Translations under genes and position numbers: made by a program | Source of the DNA: Laetmonice hystrix | Lineage: Eukaryota | DNA: 64,000 bases | Assembly (NCBI GenBank): GCA_965235115.1 | Contig: OZ249436.1 | Location: 28,088,001 to 28,152,000 of the forward strand | Direction: 5' to 3' | In this document: piece after piece, positions 48,918 through 61,640 of the stretch | Layout of the letters: every line of letters starts with the position of its first letter | Position numbering within the stretch: position 1 is the first letter of the stretch | Notes under the pieces: model-generated | What the model saw: only the letters and a program-made list of their open reading frames with translations | Databases searched by the model: none | What the model was told of the DNA's origin: nothing

Positions 48918-51390
48918 TTCTGTGTGCGGGTGGGTCTAGTTCAAGGCTAAATAATATGAGTGAGGGTGGGTCTGGGTGCGGGGTGGGTCTGAGTGAGTGT
49001 GGGCCTTGGTGACGGGTGGGTCTGGGTGCCGGGTGGGTCTGGGTGACGGGTGGGTCTGGATGAGTTTGGGTCTGGGTGACGGGTAGGTCTGGGTGAGTTT
49101 AGGTCTGGATGACGGGTGGGTCTGAGTGACGGGTGGGTCTGGGTGAGTTTGGGTCTGGGTGACGGGTGGGTCTGGATGAGTTTGGGTCTGGGTGACGGGT
49201 GGGTCTGGGTGACGGGTGGGTCTGGGTGACGGGTGGGTCTGGGTGACGGGTGGGTCTGGGTGACGGGTGGGTCTGGGTGACGGGTGGGTCTGGGTGACGG
49301 GTGGGTCTGAGTGACGGGTGGGTCTGGGTGACGGGTGGGTCCGAGTGACGGGTGGGTCCGAGTGACGGGTGGGTCTGGGTGACGGGTGGGTCTGGGTGAC
49401 GGGTGGGTCTGGGTGACGGGTGGGTCTGAGTGACGGGTGGGTCTGGGTGACGGGTGGGTCCGAGTGACGGGTGGGTCCGAGTGACGGGTGGGTCCGAGTG
49501 ACGGGTGGGTCTGAGTGACGGGTGGGTCTGAGTGACGGGTGGGTCTGAGTGACGGGTGGGTCTGAGTGACGGGTGGGTCTGGGTGACGGTTGGGTCTGGG
49601 TGACGGGTGGGTCTGAGTGACGGGTGGGTCTGGGTGACGGGTGGGTCTGGGTGACGGGTGGGTCTGGGTGACGGGTGGGTCTGAGTGACGGGTGGGTCTG
49701 AGTGACGGGTGGGTCTGAGTAACGGGTGGGTCTGGGTGACGGGTGGGTTTGAGTGACGGGTGGGTCTGGGTGACGGGTGGGTCTGAGTGACGGGTGGGTC
49801 TGAGTGACGGGTGGGTCTAAGTGACGGGTGGGTCTGGGTAACGGGTGGGTCTGGATGAGTTTGGGTCTGGGTGACGGGTGGGTCTGGGTGACGGGTGGGT
49901 CTGAGTGACGGGTGGGTCTGAGTGACGGGTGGGTCTAAGTGACGGGTGGTCTGGGTAACGGGTGGGTCTGGGTGAGTTTGGGTCTGAGTGACGGGTGGGT
50001 CTGAGTGACACTTGGGTCTGGGTGACGGGTGGGTCTGAGTGACGGGTGGGTCTGAGTGACGGTTGGGTCTGGGTGACGGGTGGGTCTGGGTGACGGGTGG
50101 GTCTGAGTGACGGGTGGGTCTGGGTGACGGGTGGGTCTGAGTGACGGGTGGGTCTGAGTGACGGGTGGGTCTGGGTGACGGGTGGGTCTGGGTGAGTTTG
50201 GGTCTGAGTGACGGGTGGGTCTGAGTGACGTGTGGGTCTGAGTGACGGGTGGGTCTGAGTGACGGGTGGGTCTGAGTGACGGGTGGGTCTGGGTGACGGT
50301 TGGGTCTGGGTGAGTTTGGGTCTGGGTGACGGGTGGGTCTGGATGAGTTTGGGTCTGGGTGACGGGTGGGTCTGGGTGACGGGTGGGTCTGGGTGAGTTT
50401 GGGTCTGAGTGACGGGTGGGTCTGAGTGACAGGCGGGTCTGAGTGACGGTTGGGTCTGGGTGACGGGTGGGTCTGAGTGACGGGTGGGTCTGAGTGACGG
50501 TTGGGTCTGGGTGAGTTTTGGTCTGGGTAACGGGTGGGTCTGGATGAGTTTGGGTCTGGGTGACGGGTGGGTCTGAGTGACGGGTGGGTCTGAGTGACGG
50601 GTGGGTCTGAGTGACGGGTGGGTCTAAGTGACGGGTGGGTCTGGGTAACGGGTGGGTCTGGGTGAGTTTGGGTCTGGGTGACGGGTGGGTCTGGATGAGT
50701 TTGGGTCTGGGTGACGGGTGGGTCTGAGTGACGGGTGGGTCTGAGTGACGGGTGGGTCTGAGTGACGGGTGGGTCTAAGTGACGGGTGGGTCTGGGTAAC
50801 GGGTGGGTCTGGGTGAGTTTGGGTCTGAGTGACGGGTGGGTCTGAGTGACAGGTGGGTCTGAGTGACGGTTGGGTCTGGGTGACGGGTGGGTCTGAGTGA
50901 CGGGTGGGTCTGAGTGACGGTTGGGTCTGGGTGACGGGTGGGTCTGAGTGACGGGTGGGTCTGAGTAACGGGTGGTTCTGTGTGCGGGTGGGTCTAGTTC
51001 AAGGCTAAAGAATATGAGTGAGGGTGGGTCTGGGTGCGGGGTGGGTCTGAGTTAGTGTGGGCCTTGGTGACGGGTGGGTCTGAGTAACGGGTGGGTCTGG
51101 GTGACGGGTGGGTCTGAGTGACGGGTGGGTCTGGGTGACGGGTGGGTCTGAGTGACGGGTGGGTCTGAGTGACGGGTGGGTCTGAGTGACGGGTGGGTCT
51201 GAGTGACGGGTGGGTCTGGTTGACGGGTGGGTCTGAATGACAGGTGGGTCTGAGTGACGGGTGGGTCTGAGTGACGGGTGGGTCTGAGTGACGGGTGGGT
51301 CTGAGTGACGGGTGGGTCTGAGTGACAGGTGGGTCTGAGTGACGGGTGGGTCTGGGTGAGTTTGGGTCTGGGTGACAGGTGGATCTGAGT
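48918..51390. repeat. 17-bp G-rich minisatellite (about 140 units)
   Basis: gacgggtgggtctg(a/g)gt. Confidence 0.97.
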
Positions 51391-52305
51391 GTTTTTTCTT
51401 GCCCCCACCAAACATGTGAATTGTGTTGCCGTAAGGCTTAAAACTAACCATTGTTGTCACGGATATTTCATTAACCATACACCGGGAGGGTGCACATTCA
51501 AAGCCAAGGTCATGGTCTTTGTATATTCAATGAAAATGGCCCGCACACACCCACGTCTTACGGTCCTTGCTGTTACATGCTTTATACTTGGCAGAGTGCG
51601 GCATACCTTGGCCTGGGAAACTGACAGCACAGAGCCAGATCACTGTGAACACCGTTCGGTGAGATATCAGTTTTTGCCGGTAGACAATTGCTTGTTCAAA
51701 TCCAATTACATGTTCTGTTAGAAAAAAAAACTTTTTCCGATATAGCTACCTGCATGTATGCAAATTCATCTCAGACCAGATGCCAATGATGTTTGGTAGA
51801 ATATAGCCAAGGAATTCGGCTCTGTGCTCTGTACAGAGCCGAAGGTCGCCGTTCAGAATTTCCGAGCGTACCCGGACAAATCCTCTGTTTTCCATGAAAA
51901 GCCCTCCCTTGTCTCTATATGTTGATGAAATATTGATAAATAAACTCAAAATAACTTATCTCTCATATCTGCAAGCTGGAAAAGCACGATGCGACACAAT
52001 AAAGACAGTCACATCTCTCGAACCGAGAAATTTCAATGCTCGTTGACCGTCAGAGAGATGCATGCTGGGATATCAAAAGCAACATGGCGGCCGGTAAAAC
52101 GCCGTTAAACGGGTGATCTAGACATGAATTTGACGTTGTACTATTAGAAACACTGCTTCAGGGCCCCACACACCTACTGTCGAGATAAATGGATGCCGGT
52201 GAGTTGATCAGTGCAAGCGGTGGTGGTCTGGCCCGTGTGTGGTATGACCCGCCAGGAATTTAATTCGGCTGTCTGTAAGCCTTGCTGGCCCGGCGGCAAG
52301 GCTAA

Positions 52306-53374
52306 AGGCCCGGTCCCACTGGCCGATGGACACAAAACGTATGCATAAAGGACACAGCAGACGAGCAAAATTTCGGGGGTGGCTCCATCCGTTTTCATCC
52401 GCTCCAGAAATGGACAAGCTGCAGTGGATGTGAGTTGCGAGGATGCCCAGAGGATTCAGAGAGGATACAGCAGACATTTAACGGATGATAACGGACATAG
52501 AACGTTTGTTGCTCGTATATGTCGCGGATTTACATTGTACACGGCGGAAAGTTCATCCGTTCTAGGCCCGGTCCCACTGCACTTACGGATGCAAAGAGTA
52601 TGTAAAACGTAAAAAGATCTTGCCATCCGTTGGAAAACGCTATGCATCCGTTGTGTACCCATTGCATACGTGTTTCATACGCTCTATCCATCGAGCATCC
52701 GTCCACTGTGATTTCATCCGCGCAAAAAGTTTTGAGCTGCACAAAACTTTTAGAACGGATGAACTTTCCGCCGTGTACGATGTAAATCCGCGACATACGA
52801 GCAACAAACGTTCTATGTCCGTTATCATCCGTTAAATGTCCGCTGTATCCTCTCTGCATCCTCTGGGCATCCTCGCAACTCACATCCACTGCAGCTGAAA
52901 ACGGAAAGAGGGAGGAAAGATAAGGTACATGGAACGTCTATACATCGTTAGTAGCACGGAAATAGAAATGATGTAAGCGTATGCATATCGTATATAAAGT
53001 ATTCAAAACTGTCATCCACTTCCATCCGCTTTCATCCGCTAGGCTTCCGATGAACATCCGTTTAACATCCCCGCTACATACTACCCACGTCCGTTCTTTT
53101 CTATTCTGTTTTCGCCAATTTTCGCCAATTTTGTCCATTTCTGGAGCGGATGAAAACGGATGGAGCCCCGAAATTTTGCTCGTCCACTGTGTCCTTTATG
53201 CATACGTTTTGTGTATGCGTATGAAATTACAGTGGACGGATGCTCCATGGGTACAGCGTATGAAACACGTATACAATGGGTACACAACGGATGCATAGCG
53301 TTTTCCAATGGACGGCAAGATTTTGTTACGTTTTACATACTCTTTGCATCCGTAAGTGCAGTGGGACCGGGCCT
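52306..53374. mobile_element. Rearranged Harbinger-like MITE rich in ATCCG/CGGAT
   Basis: TIR aggcccggtcccactg / cagtgggaccgggcct; taa/tta flanks; third TIR copy at about 52564. Confidence 0.75.
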
Positions 53375-54081
53375 TTACTACGTAGGCTAGGTAGAATACT
53401 GCTTTGTAGCGTGACGGATACATGAAAACCGGTTTCGGTACATCGGGGTCATACCTGGTTTGGGTTTTGGCAGTAATGCTTGCGGGGTGCGACTAAACAG
53501 CAAAACCGGACGAATTTACCGAAACCGACCTCCAGATGGCAATGAAGCCGATGAAATGAAGTCAGTTTTGGTCAGTTTCCTTCGGCTTCCGAGTTTAGTC
53601 GTTCAAGTGCTCACAGGCAGGAATTTCAACAAGCTGGGGTAAAACACCATCTCATTTTTCACCGTCCAAGCGAAGAATGACACGTTCGCTCGTCCAGTTT
53701 CGCTAATGGAAATCGACAGAGGTCAGGTTCTCTCTGAAAAAGTGGATCTAATTGGATATCTTTAAATTCCTAATATGTTATTATAACTGTAGAGGGCCAC
53801 TACTTACCGTTCTAAACGTTCTGTGAACACGCATAGGCCTATAATAGTCAGGCCTACATTCAGTCTTTGTAACGTCTCCTCAATGTCCTTACAATATGCA
53901 TGGCAGGGACCGATGGGGCCTACGTGTGTTCCATTAATTAGAATCTGTTAAGCGCAGATTGTATATAGCTTCTTGATGCCACCACCTTACATATTTGATA
54001 AATTAATTCTCACTGATATAATATTCCCCCAAGTTGACTTCCATTGGCTTTATGTTGTGTTGAACTCTGTTCAGTGAAAAT

Positions 54082-54780
54082 CAAGGATCCCTGTATGCCC
54101 CTTTGCCTGAACTTTCCGTATCAAGGGTCCCTGCATGCCCCCTTGCCTGACCTTTCCGTATCAAGGGTTTCTGCCTGCCCCCTTGCCTGACCTTTCCGTA
54201 TCAATTAAGGGTCCCTACAATGTAGGGTCTGACTACATGCCCCCTTGCCTGACCTTTCCGTATCAAGGGTCCCTGTATGCCCCCTTGCCTGACCTTTTCG
54301 TATCAAGGGTTTCTGCCTGCCCCCTTGCCTGACCTTTCCACATCAAGGGCCCCTGCATGCCCCCTTGCCTGACCTTTCCGTATCAAGGGTCCCTGTATGC
54401 CCCCTCGCCTGACCTTTCCGTATCAAGGGTCCCTGTATGCCCCCTCGCCTGACCTTTCCGTATCAAGGGTCCCTGTATGCCCCCTTGCCTGACCTTTCCG
54501 TATCAAGGGTCCCTGTATGCCCCCTTGCCTGACCTTTCCGTATCAAGGGTCCCTGTATGCCCTCTTGCCTGACCTTTCCGTATCAAGGGTCCCTGCATGC
54601 TCCCTTGCCTGACCTTTCCGTATCAAGGGTTTCTGCCTGCCCCCTTGCCTGACCTTTTCACATCAGGGGTCCCTGTATGCCCCCTTGTCTGACCTTTCCG
54701 TATCAAGGGTTTCTGCCTGCCCCCTTGCCTGACCTTTACACATCAGGGGTCCCTGCATGCCCCCTTGCCTGGCCTTTCCG
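54082..54780. repeat. 40-bp minisatellite (about 17 units)
   Basis: ccccttgcctgacctttccgtatcaagggtccctgtatgc. Confidence 0.96.
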
Positions 54781-55117
54781 CCAGTGCCGCTGGATGCCCG
54801 TTTCAGGTATCGGTGTATCGGTGTATCCATAGCCCGGACGGAGGGCCAATTAGAAGCCCCCGCCCCTTCAGGTTGGGAGCTAAAAAACAGCCCTTTCGTT
54901 GCTTGTCATTTTTCAGTAATAGACATTCCTCGAAGACCTTTGTGGAGATTTTCCCCCGCCCCCAACCATGAGTCTTACCTCACTTTTACCCAACCAACGT
55001 CACCATAGGTTTATGGTTCTACCAATCTAATCCTACGTTCACCACCAAGTCCACACCCTAGGTATCTTACCCCAGTCTTACAATAATTATTACTATATAT
55101 CTAACCAGTAATCTTAC

Positions 55118-55262
55118 CCTGGGTTCAAAGCTGTAGTCAGCCCCGAGTGTGGCACCACTGGCCATACTCTGAGCAAAGCAGAATACGGACACCTCACCGA
55201 ACGTCCCGAGCTGTCGTAGGATTGTCAGCGTGATGTTAACAGTAGCCTCATCAACTTGTAAC
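55118..55262 (-). CDS. ADGRV1: ADGRV1 exon (LQVDEATV...GATLGADYSFEPR)
   Basis: ctgcag| acceptor, agg|gtaaga donor; joins in phase 0 to the exon ending at 33643 across a 21.5-kb intron. Confidence 0.9.
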
Positions 55263-55444
55263 CTGCAGCAATAATTATCTCAAGTTGACAATTAAATATA
55301 TGACACAACAACTATATATTCTGATCATTAATCAAAAAAAAGTCCGAACTTGATAGAGAATAGTGTGCATTAACATCACTCTATATTGGTTTGGAGATGG
55401 CATTGTCTATGACTGAATTGTCATATAATATATGTATATGGGTT

Positions 55445-55569
55445 GTCCTGCCAACAAGGTCCTGCCAACAAGGTCCTGACAACAAGGTCCTGCCAACAAT
55501 GTCCTGACAACAAGGTCCTGCCAACAATGTCCTGCCAACAATGTCCTGCCAACAATGTCCTGCCAACAA
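55445..55569. repeat. 13-bp tandem repeat starting 9 nt after a donor
   Basis: gtcctgccaacaa(t/g)-type unit, about 9 copies. Confidence 0.93.
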
Positions 55570-55577
55570 GAACTTAC

Positions 55578-55662
55578 TGCCTGGAGTTTTCTGAGAATAC
55601 GACCCGTCCGTGAGTGCCGTCGTTAGCCATGATGATCACCTCGGCTGTCGTACCTTGGGTAG
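55578..55662 (-). CDS. ADGRV1: ADGRV1 exon (...TAEVIIMANDGTHGRVVFSENSR)
   Basis: gca|gtaagt donor is clear; acceptor is ambiguous among three in-frame AGs (exon start 55662, 55653 or 55644). Confidence 0.8.
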
Positions 55663-56298
55663 CTTTGGGATCAAAGACAAATTTCAACTGTTGAACTTGA
55701 ATCAACACCCAACATATCTATAACAAAACGCAACTAACTTAAGGTCATGTGCTACACTAAATCAAACCCATTACATATCGATACTATGTTTTTTAATAGA
55801 GGGAACAAGTGTTTCTGATTATAAAAATGTATAAAAATATCCATATGTCGCCATGCTAACTTTTGTGTGGGATGTCTATAGAAAATCCATGTCTTGGCTA
55901 CTTTGAGTGCTTCTTATACACTCATCTGGGGGCCTTCAAGGTAAATTCAAGGCTTTGCACAGGCATACATTTCCTATAAACCCAGGCTTATTACAAAAAA
56001 ATAAGCATGGTGACATATAGTTATCTACACGTTTTTAAATTGAAAAACACTTGTTCTTTCTATTAAGCAACATTTTACGACAAAATTACCGACGTTTAAG
56101 AACAGTCAGGACATCTGGTGGCTTAGCACAGTACTGATATTCTTGTTTTTGCCCACCATTTTCTCGAAAATTAATATGGAAACCTATCATTTTTAATGCT
56201 TTATTTTCAAGCTTATACAATGAATATGTTATTTTACCCCTTTTCCCTTGACACCACAACACCATGCACCCAAACCAAAGCTTGCAGTAGGGACATAC

Positions 56299-56553
56299 CC
56301 AGCCGTGGTTGGAAGTTACTGTTCCGTGGACGTAGTAACTCTAGACTGAGGATATCGACCAGGAACACCTCGTCTACCTCAGGTCTGTCGTCATCATAGA
56401 GGTCTACGTCAATCTGCCCCGAGTTGACCTGGTTTAGGATGGTGATGGAGCCTTGCTCTGACCTGAAGTCACTACCTGGTTCGGCAGCCACAAGGTCCGG
56501 AGTCAGGGATTGAATATTTCCCCTTTTTATCTCATAATTCACCCTCACGTCAC
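56299..56553 (-). CDS. ADGRV1: ADGRV1 exon (DVRVNYEI...FQPRL), Calx-beta
   Basis: ttacag| acceptor, tgg|gtatgt donor; DDDRPEVDEVFLV motif. Confidence 0.92.
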
Positions 56554-58169
56554 CTGTAAATTATACAATATTTGTTCTCACTGTACTCCCAGGTGTGGCC
56601 TCACCCCCCCCCCCCCCCCCGTGTATACCCCCATGGGAACATCGCCACAGAACAGGGTGATATTATAAGAACTAAAAAATTATCACTTTTACCAGCCCCC
56701 CAGACCTGACTCTAACCTTTATCTTCGGTCCCCAGACCTCCCGGAAAACATTTATCACTAGCCCTAGCCCTGTGCGCAAACCTCAACTCCAATTTCATCT
56801 CAATGTTAGGCCAAACAAAAAAAAAAGTTTCGTTTCTTGTCCTTTCATATCAAAAATTTGGTGCGGTGACGCGGTTTTTTTTTCATCTTTCTTTTTTTTT
56901 GGATGCAACTAGACAACGGCCGATTCTTCGAATGCAATTGCTGTTGGGTACATGGAGAAATCTTGAAGAAAAGACTAAATGCACTGATGTTCAATGTTTT
57001 CATTAAAGAATGTGTAAAACTCACATAAAGGCACGTTGTAACCGAAGGTTCAACGAATTTTATGCAGGAAAACACGAGAGGCCTACTGTCTGAATCAGTG
57101 CCGTCATGGCAACAACTTTCTGGGTCATGTGTTGAATAATTATGTTACGCCGAATCCCATCATGCATCATGCCGCAACCGGTTGACGACCGTGACGTTGT
57201 CCTTGAATCTTCCCACTTTCTTCAAGACACGCAGGGTAACGGTTTTCAGTGGCAACGGTCGCATTTTATCACTCTCAATCGTCTTAATTTTAGTTCATCC
57301 GAGGTTGAGTTTCTAGTCACGTCTTTATAAAATGGTCACCCGTCTTTTGTACTTGCTTTCATTTTCTAGGCATAGTCTGTTGGCCTAGGTTTAGCCATCT
57401 TTATATCTCCTAGGAGTAGGAGTTAGGCCTAGGCTAAGCAAAATGGCGTCTGGGTACGTCTTGATTCTTAATCTTAGTCTTAGTGACAGCATTCATCTTC
57501 GTCGTCCTGTCACAGATACCCAAGGAGTTTAGTTCTAGAGTGAATCCGAATTTAACGTCACCGTTAGTTCTTTACTATCGGGGTAGATCTAGATCTAGTG
57601 AATGTGGCTGTAGTTTTGTTATACTTATAGACTAGATCTAGTTGATTGATAATGATAGACACTAGACTAGGCTAGTCAGGCTAGCCGGTCTAACTGGATC
57701 GACTTGTCTTATGTCATGAATTTGATACTTAGCCTGAGCCTACATTAGCGTTTAATCTAACGACGTTAGTTATGACTATATCTACTAGTTTAGAATCTAG
57801 TAACCTCGTTAGTCACTTATTGACTTAGTGTTTGACGTTGGCTCTGAGGACGGGTGGCTACGTGTCGTGTCTATTAAAATGCCATTCAATTTTGTCGTGC
57901 GGGAGTAGATCTACAAGAGTGACCGTTTTGTTTTCATCCATCGTTCATTGGTTATTTCCTATTGCCAATGTTTCCCTACACATGTAAGTTATTGTATAAA
58001 TGCTACCTTAACCTGATATATTATTACATTAAATTCATTCTATTGGCCACGGTTTCTTTATACATTATTGATACATTACAATTTACAGCATATTTGTGAA
58101 TGATGATTGATATGTATCCCGTATATACTGTACATTACGGGGCCTGTTTAATTAATCTGGCTACGTGTG

Positions 58170-60735
58170 TTGTATTTTTATTGCTACATTATACACCTTA
58201 TGATTGCTATATTTAGACCTTATTGGGAGACCATTTGGTTCTCTTTATTATTGCCAATATTGGTCACATGATTTTATTACGATTGATATTAATGGGATTT
58301 AGATCCCTTATTTTTGTGTTGGGCTCTGTCATCGAGAGACTATCATGTTTTCTCCTTGATCAGTAGTTCCAATTTTCTTTTCAGTCTTTATATGTTTATT
58401 ATTGCTACAGTATACACCTTATTATTGCTATAGACCTTATTGGGAGACCGTTTGGTTCTCTTCATTATTGGTCACATTTTATTATTTTTTGATATTAATG
58501 GGATTTATATCCCGTATATTCTTGCGTTGGGCTCTGTCATCGAGAGACTATACTGTCTTCTCTTTGATCAGTAGTTCCAATTTTCTTTTCAGTCTTTATA
58601 TGTTTATTATTGCTACATTATACACCTTTATTATTGCTATAGACCTTATCGGGAGACCGTTTGGTTCTCTTCATTATTGGTCACATTTTATTATGATTGA
58701 TAAAAATGGGATTTATATCCCGTATTTTTGTGTTGGGCTCTGTCATCGAGAGACTATCATGTTTTCTCTTTGATCAGTAGTTCCAATTTTCTTTTCAGTC
58801 TTTATATGTTTATTATTGCTACATTATACACCTTATTATTGCTATAGACCTTATTGGGAGACCGTTTGGGTCTCTTCATTATTGGTCACATTTTATTATG
58901 ATTGATATTAATCTTAATGGGATTTATATCCCGTATATTTTTGCGTTGGGCTCTGTCATCGAGAGACTATACTGTTTTCTCTTTGATCAGTAGTTCCAAT
59001 TTTCTTTCCAGTCTTTATATGTTTGTTATTGCTACATTATACACCTTATTATTGCTATAGACCTTATTGGGAGACCGTTTGGTTCTCTTCATTATTGGTC
59101 ACATTTTATTATGATTGATATTAATGGGATTTATATCCCGTATATATATTTTTGCGTTGGGCTCTGTCATCGAGAGACTATACTGTTTTCTCTTTGATCA
59201 GTAGTTCCAATTTTCTTTCCAGTCTTTATATGTTTGTTATTGCTACATTATACACCTTATTATTGCTATAGACCTTATTGGGAGACCGTTTGGTTCTCCT
59301 CATTATTGGTCAAATATTATTATTATGATTGGAATTAATGGGATTTATATCCCGTATTTTTGTGTTGGGCTCTGTCATCGAGAGACTATCATGTTTTCTC
59401 TTTGATCAGCAGTTCCAATTTTCTTTCCAGTCTTTATATGTTTGTTATTGCTACATTATACACCTTATTATTGCTATAGACCTTATTGGGAGACCGTTTG
59501 GTTCTCTTCATTATTGGTCACATTTTATTATGATTGATATTAATGGGATTTATATCCCGTATTTTTGTTTTGGGCTCTGTCATCGAGAGACTATCATGTT
59601 TTCTCTTTGATCAGCAGTTCCAATTTTCTTTTCAGTCTTTATATGTTTATTATTGCTACATTATACACCTTATTATTGCTATAGACCTTATTGGGAGACC
59701 GTTTGGTTCTCTTCATTATTGGTCACATTTTATTATGATTGATATTAATGGGATTTATATCCCGTTTATATATTTTTGCGTTGGGCTCTGTCATCGAGAG
59801 ACTATACTGTTTTCTCTTTGATCAGTAGTTCCAATTTTCTTTTCAGTCTTTATATGTTTGTTATTGCTACATTATACACCTTATTATTGCTATAGACCTT
59901 ATTGGGAGACCGTTTGGTTCTCTTCATTATTGGTCACATTTGATTATGATTGATTGATATTAATGGGATTTATATCCCGCATATATATATTTTTGTGTTG
60001 GGCTCTGTCATCGAGAGACTATCATATTTTCTCTTTGATCAGTAGTTCCAATTTTCTTTTCAGTCTTTATATTTTTATTATTGCTATATTATACACCTTA
60101 TTATTGCTATATTTAGACCTTATTGGGAGACCGTTTGGTTCTCTTCATTATTGGTCACATTTTATTATGATTGATTGATATTAATGGGATTTATATCCCG
60201 CATATATATTTTTGTGTTGGACTCTGTCATAGAGAGACTATAATGTTTTCTCTTTGATCAGTAGTTCCAGTTTTCTTTTCAGTCTTTATATTTTTATTAT
60301 CGCTACATTATACACCTTATTATTGCTATATTTAGACCTTATTGGGAGACCGTTTGGTTCTCCTCATTATTGGTCACATATTATTATTATGATTGGAATT
60401 AATGGGATTTATATCCCGTATATATTTTTGTGTTGGGCTCTGTCATTGAGAGACTATCATATTTTCTCTTTGATCAGCAGTTCCAATTTTCTTTTTAGTC
60501 TTTATATTTTTATTATGGCTACATTATACACCTTGTTATTGCTATATTTAGACCTTATTGGGAGACCGTTTGGTTCTCTTCATTATTGGTCACATTTGAT
60601 TATAATTGATATTAATGGGATTTATATCTCGTATATATTTTTGTGTTGGGCTCTGTCATCGGGAAACTATTGGGTTTTCTCTTTGATCAGCAGTTCCAAT
60701 TTTCTTTCAGTCTTTATTATTTTATTATTGCTACA
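58170..60735. repeat. About 210-bp AT-rich satellite (about 12 units)
   Basis: ttgctacattatacacc recurs every 205-221 bp. Confidence 0.95.
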
Positions 60736-60739
60736 TTTT

Positions 60740-61640
60740 ACTTCGCTTCGGCGATACAATATATTATTCTATCGGCCTGATATGACATTGAGAGATCGTT
60801 GGGCTTATGCTGGATTATCACCCCCTTCTCATGTCTGGCTCACATTTAGTTTACCCGATTGATTTTGTTTCAATACTTTGTTTTTGCTTTGATGATACAA
60901 TATATTATTCTATTGGCCTGATATGACATTGAGAGATCGTTGGGCTTATGCTAGATTAGCAGCCTTTCTCATGTCTGGCTCACATTTTAGCCAATTGATT
61001 TTTGTTTCAATACTTTGTGTTTGCTTCGGCGATACAATATATTATTGCTTTTGTCCTGATATGACATTAAGAGATCGTTGGGCTTATCTTGGATTAGCAG
61101 CCCTTCTCTGAGTTCTCATGTCTGGCTCACATTTACCCAATTGATTTTGTTTCAATACTTTGTGTTTGCTTCGGCGATACAATATATTATTGCTATTGGC
61201 CTGATATGACATTAAGAGATCGTTGGCCTTATGCTGGATTAGCAGCCCCTTCTCATGTCTGGCTCACATTTACCCAATTGATTTTGTTTCAATACTTTGT
61301 GTTTGCTTCGGCGATACAATATATTATTGCTATTGCCCTGATATGACATTAAGAGATCGTTGGGCTTATGCTGGATTAGCGGCCCCTTCTTATGTCTGGC
61401 TCACATTTACCCAATTGATTTGTTTCAATTCATATTATATTACCTCAGTTGATGTGATATATTCACGATACATAGACTCTTTTATTGAGATATTATACTT
61501 TGTCTCTGCTTCAGTGATGCAATATATTTACTTGATATTGGCCTGATATGACATTGAGGGATCGTTGGGCTTATGCTAAATTAGCAGCCCTTCTCATGTC
61601 TGGCTCACATTTACCCGACTGATTTATTTCACTTCATACT
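60740..61640. repeat. About 140-bp satellite (about 6 units, with decaying copies to about 62250)
   Basis: cctgatatgacattRagagatcgttgggcttatgctggattagc recurs. Confidence 0.9.

Larger units (their letters stand above)
5045..56553 (-). other. ADGRV1: ADGRV1 (VLGR1/GPR98) orthologue, partial gene span: 32 internal exons encoding Calx-beta repeats and EAR/EPTP repeats
   Basis: Exons joined at GT-AG sites give one continuous frame of about 2,020 aa with repeated Calx-beta motifs (ND.P.G, DD..PE..E.F.V.L) interrupted by EAR-like repeats; this architecture is characteristic of ADGRV1. 5' and 3' ends are not in the window. Confidence 0.9.

Noticed and set aside
51389..51949. Second nested gene with a signal-peptide-like ORF
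   Set aside because: The putative downstream exon has stops in all three frames; no recognisable homology.
5045..56553. Bacterial Calx-beta adhesin or Na/Ca exchanger
   Set aside because: Coding sequence is split by GT-AG introns and includes EAR repeats among many Calx-beta domains, which fits ADGRV1.
58402..61546. Hydrophobic ORFs in the satellites
   Set aside because: T-rich repeat translation with frames shifting between units.
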